From Eledone cirrhosa (taxonomy: Eukaryota), in contig OZ024742.1 of NCBI GenBank assembly GCA_964016885.1, positions 9,176,001-9,240,000 of the forward strand: 64,000 nt of DNA. The letters are read 5' to 3'. Made by a program: the position numbers and the translations under genes. Under the pieces are notes generated by a model, which was not told where the DNA came from, searched no databases, and was given only the letters and a program-made list of their open reading frames with translations. Positions 29,937 through 42,771 of the stretch are shown here, one piece after another. Each line of letters begins with the position of its first letter. Position 1 is the first letter of the stretch.

Positions 29937-31810
29937 ATGGCTGACTCAGAGTCACAATCTAACACCTCACACCGACACCACCATTGTAAATATTGCTACG
30001 TTTGCCAACTGGAAATGTAAGCAGTAGCAATATTTTAAATTTGTCTCAGGCAGACGTTCATTTCCCGCCATTACCAATGACTGCAGGTGTTAAAGCCGCC
30101 ACCCCCACCACCACCACAGCTACAACAGAAACAAAAGAAAGAAATAAATTAACTCGTGATATCGAAATGAATTCAACCAAAATGAACTCTTCCACACCGA
30201 ACACCACTGACACCACCAACACCACAACTGAAACTAAAATTAACAATAACAAAAATAACGATAACAACAACAGCAACAATGAAATTAAGAAAACTACTCT
30301 GAGTTTTGCCAGAGTAGCAAAAACGTGCGAAGCGATCCAGGTAACCCAGGAGGAATTAGAAGAAGCCAAATGAATGGTAAAGAAAGATGGGTACAGGATC
30401 AGCCCCCCCCCCCCCCCCACACCTAATAAAAGGGAGCATCGTCGCCTATGCACCGTGTCTTATCGGACAATTAATATAAAATCGCGCCGAGTGGAACGGG
30501 CATCCGAGTCCCAAATCCAAAAAGCTTTGGGACATGCGTGGGCAAAAAAAACCCATATCAGACGTGGGCAGAAATATGGAACCGTGGACGTGTTCTTTGA
30601 AACACCACAGGAGGCCAGAGAACACTCCATGGCCCCATTAAGAAGTGACGACTTCACACTCGTCCCAAGCTATTGTGGCCAGAGACTTGTAAAGATCAGG
30701 GTGACCCACGTACCACCGGCCATCGAAATTCCGTGGCTAATGGGTGCCGTCCTCGCCGGCATCGAGGCCAACACCAAGATAATCGAAATAGCGAAAGAAA
30801 AGCAGGAGAACTGGCCGGATATGGGATGGAGCTCTTGATCCAAGCGGATCATAAAAGCATTGAGGAGATCCCAGAGGTAATAGACCTCACTGACGGCAGC
30901 CATCTCACTGTAATCGTCGAGGGCAGAAGGCCTAGGTGTGTCGTTTGTGGTGAAGGAACCCACCTAAGGGCTTTCTGCCCTCAGGCTAAAAGGTTGAGGC
31001 CACCTCTCTTACCCACCCCAGTGACTCAACCATCAACACCACCAGCAGCAGAAATGGCAGCAACAACTGTACCAGCAACAACAGAAGCAACTGTAATAGC
31101 AACAACCCCAGCAACAGTAGCAAAACCAACACCACCACCACCCAACGCGCCTGAACTAGCACCAGCGCCTACACAATCCACCACGCCACAACCAAAACTA
31201 ACGCCTGTGGAGGATTTTCCACTCCCCGGCTTATCGCAACTAGAGACAGATTGTGACGACGTGGAGTGGGAAACGGTATCAGGAAAAAAGAAAAAAAGAA
31301 ACCAAAAAAGAAAAAATTCTCTTCCTTCCCCCTCCAAAAACAAAATACAGAGGGAAACAAATAAATTATCAAACAAAAAAGTTAGGACAGATATGCCACC
31401 ATCCACACCAGCATCACCAACCCCATCACCACAAACACCAACACCATCCCCATCATTAACCCCAACACCACCATCACCAACACCACAAAAGTCACCAAAA
31501 AGCGTAACAGAAACAAACACACAACAAACGCAAACAAAACAACCAAAACGATACACACTACACAGCGTGCAACACAACACAAGCATCACAGAAAAAGACT
31601 ACACAACAACCCCAAAGTTCACACCACCTCCACACATACAAATCACACGGATCACACAGAAAACGTACACGACACTAAAACAAAAAATTCCACAAAGACA
31701 TCGGAGACTTCCGACAAGCACTCTCCAGGAGGATTTATAAGGACATCCTTCCGGAGGAGGCCACAGCAGTGAAAAGGATGGACAAACCATCCTTCCTCTA
31801 CGAGAAGTAA
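29937..31810 (+). pseudogene. Tx1-like ORF1 (gag-like, CCHC zinc knuckle, Pro/Thr-rich)
   Basis: CVVCGEGTHLRAFC. Homologous to 47789-49117. Contains stops and frameshifts. Confidence 0.75.
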
Positions 31811-31849
31811 GGTAAGTGGTCTTTCCCATCTTTCCCACTCCTTTTAAAC

Positions 31850-34800
31850 ATGACCTCACTCAGAATATGCAGCATAAATGCGCGTGGCTTGGGGTCGTCA
31901 TGGAAGCAGGGTCACCTGATCAACGACCTCAGGTCACTAAACATAGATGTAGTGGCCATCAGCGAGACCAGAATCTCCGAAGCACGGGCCTTCGCACCGA
32001 TCTTCGGCGGCTACGATGTGTACGCATCTCCCAGCCCTCCGGGATCGGGGAGAGGAGTTCCTGTGCTTTTTCGGAGAGGTTTGAATCTCGCCATACGGGC
32101 CATCTTCCTGGACCCAGAAGGTAAGTTGGTTGTGCTAGACGTGACCAGCGGAGACGGGCAATCTTTCAGGCTAGGGGCCGTCTATGCCCCGACAGGAGCA
32201 GGGCGGCCTGATTTCTTCCGGCGTCTGGAGACGTTTCTTGGAACTTCCCGCTCTTTAGTGTTAGTGGGCGACTGGAACAGGATCTTAGATGCACGCTGGG
32301 ACTGTGTGGGATTAGCGCATAGGGGAGGAGGGTGCAAGAGCCTCACCCACCTGCTCAGGCGTTTTGAACTGTCTGACAGGTACTGATTGGATTTGCCGAA
32401 TTTTCCAATGTGGACTTGGACAAATCGCATAGGGTCATCCAGATCATATCTAGATAGAGTATTTTGTAGAGAAATAGATAGGTCTAGTATAGGCTGTCCA
32501 CAATTCAAGATAGTCAGCTACACGGACCACAAATTCGTGATCTGTGTGCTTGACTTAAATAGGCTTCATAGACGAGGAATCGGCTACTGGAAGCTAAACG
32601 CGTCCTTATCAGCGCGCAAGGCCTACAGAAAACGGATTAGCGAACTAGTTAAGCGGGCGTTGACGGGGGCCATCGTCAAAAACAAGTGGTGGTTTGTTCT
32701 GAAAAGAGCAATTAGAATAGAGTCCATTAGGTTTAGTAAGGCTTTAGCAATAGAGAAAAATAGAGCAGAGGGAGAATTAGTTAGAAAATTAGACGAGGCG
32801 CTTAGCAAAGGCATCGCGACCGACGTACTTGCGGCGAAATTGGGCCTTGACCAATTCTTCAATGCAAAGCACAAATGCTGCGTTGTGAAAGCTAGGGTGC
32901 GTGCTCTCAGACACGAGGGGACGAAAGCCGTTCAATGGGCCCGAGTGGCGGAGGCGCGTCGTGGCAACAAAGCCACGATCCAGTCTTTGGTGGACCACGA
33001 CGGGCGCATGCTACTCGATCCCGGGCAAATGTGTGAATCTTTTCAGCGACACTTCGCTCTGCTATTCAGGGGCAGCGGCGGGCCGGATCGAGTGATGAAC
33101 TTTAGTGTCTACCTCGACTGACTGCCGCGGCTCTCGGCCACTGGGGCGTAATGTTGCGAAAAGCCGATAACAGCCGCTGAAGTACGGGAGGCAATGACTA
33201 GCTGCACAAGGGATAAATCGCCTGGTTTGGATGGTCTGCCCTATGAACTTTACGTACAGATGCCAGACTTGTTCGGAGGCCTCTTGGCGGACGTGTACTG
33301 CAACTGGCAACAGAACGGGAGAATTCCCAGCTCTGTGAGCCGAGGAGCTGTGGCGCTGCTGAGAAAGGATCCGAACAAGGGGGATAACATAGATAATGTT
33401 AGGCCCATAACTCTGCTAAACACAGAGTTCAAGATTTTGGCCAAGGTGCTAGCAAAGAGGTTGGCGCTTGTCGTTGGTGGTCTGGTGGGAGAGGCGCAGA
33501 CATGCGCCATTCCCGACAGATCCATCCACGACAACCTCCACCTCATGTGATACATCGTAGAGAGAATAGCTAGGGGACCTGGCACGAGTGGGTCCTTGAT
33601 CAATTTAGATCAGTCGAAAGCTTTCGATAGGGTCGACCATCGTTACCTAGCGGCAGTCCTGAGGGCGGCTGGCTTTGGACCCGTCTTCAGAGGCTGGATC
33701 GCTGCCATGCACAGCGACATCTGCTCTGTGGTGAGAGTGAACGGTCACCTTTCGGAACCGTTCAACATCATGCGCTCGGTCCGCCAAGGATGTCCCCTCT
33801 CGTCCCTCTCGTACGTATTGACTCTCGAGCCATTACTGCACAAACTGAAGACGTTGAGGGGGGTCCCGTGCGAACTAGGATGCGGAAGATCCGTGTCAAC
33901 ATATGCGGACGATGTCACCGTAGTGGAATCGAACGCCAAACACATCGAAGCGATCGGCACTACACTAAGAGAATACGAAGCGGTGACAGGAGCAATGATC
34001 AACCAGGAAAAGTCAGTGGGCCTGCAGCTCGGCACCTGGAGAGGCAGGTCCATGCCGTCCAACAGCGTCGTGGGGCGCTGGACGGACGGACCGATTAAAT
34101 TGCTCGAGGTCTGGTTCGGTCCGGATCTCCAGACGGACAAAAACTGGGACGAGGTGAGGAGCAGGGTGGCTTCTCTCACACAGAACTGGGCCGAAAGGAA
34201 GCTATACCTGAAAGGTCGAGCGGAGGTGGCTAACGCGTATATCGCGTCCGTCATCTGCTACCGCCTGACCGTCGTACCTTGTCCTAAGCCCCGCCTGACT
34301 GAGCTGGAGCGTTTGCTCTTTCGCTTTTTGTGGAAGAGACGCGCTCCGATGGTCAGGCGGTCCATCTGTTGTCAACACCCGCTACGTGAGGGCTGGGAAT
34401 GCCGTGGCTGTTGATGCGCAGACACGCGCTCAGGCTGCGACATCTCCACCTCTTCCTCGACGGTGATCAGGTGTGGTCGCCGTTTGCTAGACGTGTCTTT
34501 CCCCAGCTAGTCTCCTTGACGGAGCTGCAGTTCTGGGTCAAGCGAAGACCGAGAGGCAGCGCTTGGAGACTGGAATGTCTTCAGGCGCTCACAGCCCTCG
34601 ACCAATCGGGCAATGTGATAGGTGGAAACTCCGCCTTGGCGTTCTATAGAGGATTAGTGGAGGGGAAGAGCGACGACGTACTTGTGGAAACTCTAGGCGT
34701 CGACGAAAATCAACTAGCCAATCTCTTCGGAAGAACTTTCGGGTCGGGGCCTATGGACAACTTCCAGAAATCCCTGGCCTTGCAGTGCTACCGAGGAGCC

Positions 34801-35269
34801 TTTGCCAGTTCGGGATAAACTCTACAGGCATGGAGGTGCCGTCAGCCGCGCATGTCCGAGATGCGTGCAGGGCAACGAAACCGTCCTGCACGCACTCGTC
34901 CAGTGTCCGAAAATTGCTGACTTGTGGGTTCATGTCGAACACCTGCTGTCGCGTGTAGAACGGATCCGGCTATCATCTGAGTCCATCGTGAGAATTGCCC
35001 CGCCCTCTTCCTTTAGCCGGGAAGGGCAGGCAGTTTTTATCTGTCTGGTGGCCATGGCGAAAGAGATAGTATGGTGGACACGTTTGAAAGGGCTGAAGAC
35101 GAGCACTTACCTCTTCGGTGATGCCCTGATTGACTTTTTCAAATTTCATTTGAAAAGGAAAATCAGAGTAGAGAGGGAAGTGCTCTCTTCCCAGCATTTT
35201 GTTAAAAGATGGGTGAGAGAAGCAAGAATGGCCCGAGTGAATGGGCCTACTCTGAGTACGTATCTGTAA
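31850..35269 (+). pseudogene. Tx1-like ORF2 (APE endonuclease, RT, zinc finger)
   Basis: SINARGL, SETR, VYAP, GDWN, SYLDR, TDH, YWKLN, KSPGLDG, RPITLLN, LDQSKAFDRV, VRQGCPLS, YADD, CPRC...ETVLHALVQC. Multiple stops and frameshifts. Confidence 0.92.
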
Positions 35270-35628
35270 ATTAAAGGTGGAAAACTGGGAGAGGGCACTT
35301 GCCTTGGTGGTCAGGGTCACTGTGGCCTTTTACTGGGCTTTCTCCACAAATGTCCCTCCGAAGTCTCCCCCTATTGGGGAATTTTTCATTGTTATTTTTT
35401 GTTACATCCTCTGTTTTTGTTTTTTACACGCAGAAATGCCCATTTGTACCGTCCTGTATTGTCCTGCACTGTCCTTAATGCCTACTTTATGTAAACCCTT
35501 GTGGTTAATAAAGAAATCATTATTATTATTATTATTATTATTGTTATTGTTATTCCTTGAATCTCAGTCATTGATGTTGGTTAACTGGAAAGTCCGTTGG
35601 ATTGAATATCAAGCCACTACCTGCAGCC

Positions 35629-38600
35629 TCAGATATTCAGGACGTATCGGAGGGTTCTTGCCGTTCCAAGCAAGCATGCCTTTTGAAGCGTTCCAAAAAG
35701 CGTGAAGGGGCCGATTTTCTTTAACCATCCCTGGAAACCTTTGGAGATAGTCCCCAGTGCGCCTATAACAATCGGGATCACTTTGACTTCATGGCAGTTC
35801 CAAATCCTTTTCACCTCCCACTTTAGGTCCTGGTATCGGTTAATTTTCTCCCTCTCCTTCTCTTGCACTCTCGTGTCGAACGGGCAGGCCACATCCACAA
35901 TCAGGCACGATCTTTTTTCTTTGTCCACAACCACCAGGTCAGGTCTATTGTGCTCCAGTTTTTTGTCCGTCTGTATCCTAAAATCCCACAGCACCTTCAC
36001 CTGACTGTTCTCCATCACCGCCTCTGGCCTATGCTCATACCATTTCTCAGAATGTGGTAGATTGTTTACTTTGCACAGGTGCCAGTGGATCACCCTGCCC
36101 ATCACATCGTGTCTCCAGCCCTTATAGTGGGTCTGGGCTAGGTGTTTACACTCGGACACAATGTGAGCCACAGTCTCCTCTCTCTCTCCACAGATCCTGC
36201 ACAGTGGGCTAGCCTCCTCCTTGTAGATATGGTGCTTCAACCACTTCGTTTTGAGGGCCTGCTCCTGCGCAGCCATTAGCATTCCTTCTGTAGCCTTTTT
36301 GAGGTCTCCTCTTCTCAACCAGTTCCATGTCTGTGGATCTCTAAATTCAGTTTTCTCAAAGAAGGTACTATGAAGGGATTTTCCCTTAAGGCTGCTCTTC
36401 CTCCTTGATGTTATTTCCTCCTTGGGTATCCCCTGGCCTACTGTCCCCTCCTTCAGTACAGCTCTGAGCATTGGCTCCTTACTATAGGTCACGTATTTGT
36501 ATAGGTTGTTTTTCTCCATCTGAACACAGTCCTCTATGCTGATAAGACCTCTTCCACCCTCAGATCTCCTTAGGTAGAGTCTATCGACATCACTCCTCTT
36601 GTGGAACATGTTGTAGATAGTCAATAGCTTCCTAGTCTTCCTATCCATTTCTTTTTGTTCAGCAACATTCCATCTCAGAATTCCCGCACTGTACCTAATA
36701 ATAGACACAGCTCGGGAATTTACTGCGCTTATGGCATTTCTGCTGTTCAGATGTGACTTCAATACGCTCCTTACTCTCCGAATGTATTCAGTTCTTAACA
36801 ATTCCTTCATTTTTTTGTTCTTTATGCCATCAGCCTCCAGAACGCCCAAATACTTGTATCCTTCCTCAGAGTCAATTTCCTTTATCATCTCACCTGTTGG
36901 TATCTGGATCCCGTTACTTCTGCTCAACCTACCCCTCCTCATCACAATGACTCCACATTTACCAATACCAAACTGCATACATATATCACTGCTGAAAATA
37001 CGGACAGTGTCAACAAGCACATCCAACTCCTTCTCACTTTTCCCGAAGAGCTTAAGATCGTCCATGAAGAGGAGGTGATTGATGGTAAGCTCTCCCCTTC
37101 CCAACTTGTATCCTGCTCTCACTTTTCGCAGCATAATGGTCAAGGGCATCAGGGCAAGGACAAACAACAGAGGGGACAGGCTATCTCCCTGGAAGATACC
37201 TCTCTTGATCTTCACGCTTCCCAAGGATACTCCAGTTGATGTCAACTCTGTCTCCCAGGACCCCATACTCCTGCCCAGCAACTGTCTGATGTTATCTGCC
37301 ACCCTGAAGATCTCCAGGCTTTTGGTGATCCAGGAATGAGGCACCATGTCAAATGCCTTTCTGTAGTCTATCCATCCCATGGCAAGATCAGTGTGTCTCC
37401 TCCTGCAATTCCCCATTACCATCTTATCAATAAGCAACTGGTCCTTTGTACCACGTGACTTCTTTCGGCATCCTTTCTGTTCGTCCGGCAACAAGTTGTT
37501 TGTGTGGAGGTGATGGTAGATTTCCTCAGACACAATGCTCGTCAACAGTTTCCACATTACGGGCAGACATGTGATAGGTCTATAGTTGGTAACATCATTA
37601 CCCTTGATTCGGTCTTTCATTATCAGAACTGTGGTACCTTTTGTCAACCACTCTGGCACCTCACCCGACACCAAGCAGTCATTGAACATGGCCGTCAGCT
37701 TCGGGTGGAGGGATGTTAAATGTTTAATCCAATACCCCTGCACACCATCTGGGCCTGGTGATTTCCAGTTGGTTAGTTTTTTGGCTTGCCCCTTAAGAGT
37801 TTCAACTGTGATACTCAAATCAGTCTGTTGCTGTGCCTGCTCACCGATCTCCCTCTGTACTGTCTCAATCCACCCTGCCTGGGCATTGTGTCTAACATCC
37901 TGCTCCCATATTCTTCTCCATAATGTTTTAGCTTGTTCCGCCCCAGGGATCAAGTCGTTGCCTCTTTCTTTCCCCTCAAGCTGTCCAAACAGCATCTTCT
38001 GGTTGTTGTCGAACATGCGGTTCTGTTTATACTGACTGACTCTGTTCTCGTATCGCCTGATTTTGGCACTCTTTGCTACAATGCGTTGCTTCAATTCCTC
38101 TATGATAATATTTAGCTTTTTACTCCTAGTTTTGTATTTTATTTCCAGTCTATTTTTAGTGCCTATGTTTTTTAGTGTCCCATTCAGTAGTGACTCAAGC
38201 TTTCCTATGTCATTTCTCATTTCCCCGATTTGCCCACTCAGTCGCTTCTTCCACCACGGCTCTGCTCTTTCTTGTCTGTTGTTTCCTCTCGCTTTTATAC
38301 CAAGTAGTTTCCTCACCGTATTTGCTGTTGCTTTGAGGATATTGTTGCACTGGTGAAGACTCCTCGCCTCAAGGTATGGGATGACTTTGTTTACCTTAGC
38401 TGTTGTTTCTTTTAACTTTTTCCTGTCTACAAATCTTAGGTTCATAGGTCTCCCACTATCATTGTTCAACTCATCTACCACTAAATTTAGGATGTCAACC
38501 GAATCTTGTCCTAGCCCGTCAGCATTCATCTCCTCAGTGGCCGTTTCTCTGTTCCAGGTATTATTTATCTCAGTATTCAGATCATTGTCTGCTTCGGGTG

Positions 38601-39021
38601 GTTCCTCCGTTCTCAGGACCTCCTCACCTTCATTTCCCGCCGGCTCGCTTGTCTGGCATACTACACCCGCCATCTCCAAGCCATTCTCTCTGCTCAGTTC
38701 CTCCAGTTCCAGCTCGCCTATCCACCCATTAGTTCTTATTACCCGAGCCTGCCCGGCCAATTTTTGTTCATCTAATTTAAATAAACCAATCTCGTTCCAG
38801 ATGTTATGCATCCGTCTCCTGTAGCCCCTCTCCTTGGGGTTACTTTTCAGGTAGCATTGCATAACAGTTCTATTCAATTCTTTCGTCCAGTTGGTTCTGG
38901 CCCCTTTCCTTCTTCTTCTTCCTCCAACATCAGCAGTATTTGGTTGACAGTCAGGTTCCTGCTGCTGAGCCAGGGGGCACCTGTTGGGTGAGAGTCTGTC
39001 ACATGACGTTCTAGTCTCCAT
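35629..39021 (-). CDS. Intact 1130-aa RT plus CCHC plus restriction-like endonuclease protein (R4/Dong clade)
   Basis: N-terminal Myb/SANT-like WTKELN..MQCY; KSPGPDG, YRPITCL, IDYRKAFD, GIFQGDSLSP, LFMDD, YKYLG, GGRGL, CRICGEREETVAHIVSEC, RHD, RPDLVVVD...DVACP...KINRY. No stops. Confidence 0.93.
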   Translation of the reverse strand: METRTSCDRLSPNRCPLAQQQEPDCQPNTADVGGRRRRKGARTNWTKELNRTVMQCYLKSNPKERGYRRRMHNIWNEIGLFKLDEQKLAGQARVIRTNGWIGELELEELSRENGLEMAGVVCQTSEPAGNEGEEVLRTEEPPEADNDLNTEINNTWNRETATEEMNADGLGQDSVDILNLVVDELNNDSGRPMNLRFVDRKKLKETTAKVNKVIPYLEARSLHQCNNILKATANTVRKLLGIKARGNNRQERAEPWWKKRLSGQIGEMRNDIGKLESLLNGTLKNIGTKNRLEIKYKTRSKKLNIIIEELKQRIVAKSAKIRRYENRVSQYKQNRMFDNNQKMLFGQLEGKERGNDLIPGAEQAKTLWRRIWEQDVRHNAQAGWIETVQREIGEQAQQQTDLSITVETLKGQAKKLTNWKSPGPDGVQGYWIKHLTSLHPKLTAMFNDCLVSGEVPEWLTKGTTVLIMKDRIKGNDVTNYRPITCLPVMWKLLTSIVSEEIYHHLHTNNLLPDEQKGCRKKSRGTKDQLLIDKMVMGNCRRRHTDLAMGWIDYRKAFDMVPHSWITKSLEIFRVADNIRQLLGRSMGSWETELTSTGVSLGSVKIKRGIFQGDSLSPLLFVLALMPLTIMLRKVRAGYKLGRGELTINHLLFMDDLKLFGKSEKELDVLVDTVRIFSSDICMQFGIGKCGVIVMRRGRLSRSNGIQIPTGEMIKEIDSEEGYKYLGVLEADGIKNKKMKELLRTEYIRRVRSVLKSHLNSRNAISAVNSRAVSIIRYSAGILRWNVAEQKEMDRKTRKLLTIYNMFHKRSDVDRLYLRRSEGGRGLISIEDCVQMEKNNLYKYVTYSKEPMLRAVLKEGTVGQGIPKEEITSRRKSSLKGKSLHSTFFEKTEFRDPQTWNWLRRGDLKKATEGMLMAAQEQALKTKWLKHHIYKEEASPLCRICGEREETVAHIVSECKHLAQTHYKGWRHDVMGRVIHWHLCKVNNLPHSEKWYEHRPEAVMENSQVKVLWDFRIQTDKKLEHNRPDLVVVDKEKRSCLIVDVACPFDTRVQEKEREKINRYQDLKWEVKRIWNCHEVKVIPIVIGALGTISKGFQGWLKKIGPFTLFGTLQKACLLGTARTLRYVLNI

Positions 39022-39590
39022 TTCACCGTTATTCGAACTGTTTATGTTCGATATTTAAACACTCTTATCGAGGATTGGCGAATGTATGTTTACATAGCCA
39101 TCTGTGGATCCGCCATCCCACTTGGCCCTTGTGTGGCATTATCACCACGCTGTATACGGACACACATAAACAAACAAACACACGGGCAGAAAGGGCCCCA
39201 AAAATGAATAAGCATAAGTTTCATTGTAATGTAGTATTCGAATGTCTGACTTAGTTTTTGTTTTTTAAGTTTTACTTTTTCCCCCCTCTTCTCTGTCCGT
39301 CCGCCTGCTTCTCTCTTCATTCTTATTTTCTTTACGTTTTGGGGGTTTCTTTTTTTGTTTTTGTTTTTCTCTGTTTTTCTCGTTTTTTACTGTTGTTGCT
39401 GTGCTGCTTTTGTTGTTTGTTTTTTCTTTTTTCTTTTGAGTCTATCTATACATTTTGATGCCTTCCTCTTTGTTAGTAGTAGGAATTCTATAATGTGGAA
39501 GTGGTAGCCAGCAGAGACTGGCGGCGTTGGCGATACTGAGACAGTGGTGGTGGTGATGTCGACACCGAGGCAGTGGTGGCGGTGATGCGA

Positions 39591-40234
39591 CCGTATTACT
39601 GTAGTGATGGTGCTGTAGCGGTGGCAGCAGCAGTGAAGGAGTCAGGGGGTGGTGGCGGCGGTGATGGGATAGTGGTGGTAATGATGGCCGTAGTGAGCGG
39701 TGGCGGTGAAGGTGAAAATGCTGTTGTGTTTAGTGTACACAGATGATGGGGTGGGTGGTGTATCTAGTTTCTGGTGTTGGTGAGTTTCGCTGTCCTATAT
39801 AGTGTAGCCAGAGGAGAGGAGGGGGGGGTTCTTCTTCTTCCATTTATAGCCATTTTATTTTTTTTTGGATATACAGTGTACAATACAAAGTTGAATATTT
39901 GAATATTTGAGCCGTATTACTGTAGTGATGGTGCTGTAGCGGTGGCAGCAGCAGTGAAGGAGTCAAGGGGTGGTGGTGGCGGTGATGGGATAGTGGTGGT
40001 AATGATGGCCGTAGTGAGCGGTGGCGGTGAAGGTGAAAATGCTGTTGTGTTCAGTGTACACAGATGATGGGGTGGGTGGTGTATCTAGTTTCTGGTGTTG
40101 GTGAGTTTAGCTGTCCTATATAGTGTAGCCAGAGGAGAGGAGGGGGGGGGGGGGGTTCTTCTTCTTCCATTTATAGCCATTTTTTTTTGGATATACAGTG
40201 TACAATACAAAGTTGAATATTTGAATATTTGAGC
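39591..40234. repeat. ~322-bp tandem duplication in the 5' region of Dong copy 1
   Basis: CCGTATTACTGTAGTGATGG starts at 39591 and 39913. The units differ mainly in homopolymer lengths. Confidence 0.9.
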
Positions 40235-40417
40235 CTTATAACAATATATTTTGGGTCCGAATTTTTTGGGGGCTCAAGCCGGGTACTTTACGTAGCATTT
40301 GTACTAAGAGTTGTTATTTCACAAATGATTTAAATATGTTAAAAATTCAAAACTTACGGGAGCGATTTCATGACCTCCGTCACCTCGTGCGTCTTCTTCC
40401 CATTATTATTATTATTA

Positions 40418-42695
40418 TTGTTATTGTTATTCCTTGAATCTCAGTCATTGATGTTGGTTAACTGGAAAGTCCGTTGGATTGAATATCAAGCCACTACCTG
40501 CAGCCTCAGATATTCAGGACGTATCGGAGGGTTCTTGCCGTTCCAAGCAAGCATGCCTTTTGAAGCGTTCCAAAAAGCGTGAAGGGGCCGATTTTCTTTA
40601 ACCATCCCTGGAAACCTTTGGAGATAGTCCCCAGTGCGCCTATGACAATCGGGATCACTTTGACTTCATGGCAGTTCCAAATCCTTTTCACCTCCCACTT
40701 TAGGTCCTGGTATCGGTTAATTTTCTCCCTCTCCTTCTCTTGCACTCTCGTGTCGAACGGGCAGGCCACATCCACAATCAGGCACGATCTTTTTTCTTTG
40801 TCCACAACCACCAGGTCAGGTCTATTGTGTTCCAGTTTTTTGTCCGTCTGTATCCTAAAATCCCACAGCACCTTCACCTGACTGTTCTCCATCACCGCCT
40901 CTGGCCTATGCTCATACCATTTCTCAGAATGTGGTAGATTGTTTACTTTGCACAGGTGCCAGTGGATCACCCTGCCCATCACATCGTGTCTCCAGCCCTT
41001 ATAGTGGGTCTGGGCTAGGTGTTTACACTCGGACACAATGTGAGCCACAGTCTCCTCTCTCTCTCCACAGATCCTGCACAGTGGGCTAGCCTCCTCCTTG
41101 TAGATATGGTGCTTCAACCACTTCGTTTTGAGGGCCTGCTCCTGCGCAGCCATTAGCATTCCTTCTGTAGCCTTTTTGAGGTCTCCTCTTCTCAACCAGT
41201 TCCATGTCTGTGGATCTCTAAATTCAGTTTTCTCAAAGAAGGTACTATGAAGGGATTTTCCCTTAAGGCTGCTCTTCCTCCTTGATGTTATTTCCTCCTT
41301 GGGTATCCCCTGGCCTACTCTCCCCTCCTTCAGTACAGCTCTGAGCATTGGCTCCTTACTATAGGTCACGTATTTGTATAGGTTGTTTTTCTCCATCTGA
41401 ACACAGTCCTCTATGCTGATAAGACCTCTTCCACCCTCAGATCTCCTTAGGTAGAGTCTATCGACATCACTCCTCTTGTGGAACATGTTGTAGATAGTCA
41501 ATAGCTTCCTAGTCTTCCTATCCATTTCTTTTTGTTCAGCAACATTCCATCTCAGAATTCCCGCACTGTACCTAATAATAGACACAGCTCGGGAATTTAC
41601 TGCGCTTATGGCATTTCTGCTGTTCAGATGTGACTTCAATACGCTCCTTACTCTCCGAATGTATTCAGTTCTTAACAATTCCTTCATTTTTTTGTTCTTT
41701 ATGCCATCAGCCTCCAGAACGCCCAAATACTTGTATCCTTCCTCAGAGTCAATTTCCTTTATCATCTCACCTGTTGGTATCTGGATCCCGTTACTTCTGC
41801 TCAACCTACCCCTCCTCATCACAATGACTCCACATTTACCAATACCAAACTGCATACATATATCACTGCTGAAAATACGGACAGTGTCAACAAGCACATC
41901 CAACTCCTTCTCACTTTTCCCGAAGAGCTTAAGATCGTCCATGAAGAGGAGGTGATTGATGGTAAGCTCTCCCCTTCCCAACTTGTATCCTGCTCTCACT
42001 TTTCGCAGCATAATGGTCAAGGGCATCAGGGCAAGGACAAACAACAGAGGGGACAGGCTATCTCCCTGGAAGATACCTCTCTTGATCTTCACGCTTCCCA
42101 AGGATACTCCAGTTGATGTCAACTCTGTCTCCCAGGACCCCATACTCCTGCCCAGCAACTCTCTGATGTTATCTGCCACCCTGAAGATCTCCAGGCTTTT
42201 GGTGATCCAGGAATGAGGCACCATGTCAAATGCCTTTCTGTAGTCTATCCATCCCATGGCAAGATCAGTGTGTCTCCTCCTGCAATTCCCCATTACCATC
42301 TTATCAATAAGCAACTGGTCCTTTGTACCACGTGACTTCTTTCGGCATCCTTTCTGTTCGTCCGGCAACAAGTTGTTTGTGTGGAGGTGATGGTAGATTT
42401 CCTCAGACACAATGCTCGTCAACAGTTTCCACATTACGGGCAGACATGTGATAGGTCTATAGTTGGTAACATCATTACCCTTGATTCGGTCTTTCATTAT
42501 CAGAACTGTGGTACCTTTTGTCAACCACTCTGGCACCTCACCCGACACCAAGCAGTCATTGAACATGGCCGTCAGCTTCGGGTGGAGGGATGTTAAATGT
42601 TTAATCCAATACCCCTGCACACCATCTGGGCCTGGTGATTTCCAGTTGGTTAGTTTTTTGGCTTGCCCCTTAAGAGTTTCAACTGTGATACTCAA

Positions 42696-42697
<2 letters not shown>
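40418..42697 (-). mobile_element. 5'-truncated R4/Dong-like copy 2, nearly identical to copy 1
   Basis: The 729-aa open frame differs from copy 1 at two residues that I could see. Flanked by (ATT)n. Confidence 0.92.

Positions 42698-42771
<74 letters not shown>

Larger units (their letters stand above)
29722..35518 (+). mobile_element. Full-length Tx1/L1-clade non-LTR retrotransposon (copy A), degenerate
   Basis: Starts directly after (ATT)n, has ORF1 and ORF2, and ends CCCTTGTGGTTAATAAAGAAATC followed by (ATT)n. Confidence 0.9.
35541..40401 (-). mobile_element. Full-length R4/Dong-like RLE non-LTR retrotransposon (copy 1)
   Basis: Single long ORF, ~85-bp 3' UTR, sense-strand (AAT)n tail, ~1.4-kb 5' region ending at the next ATT tract. 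Confidence 0.9.
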
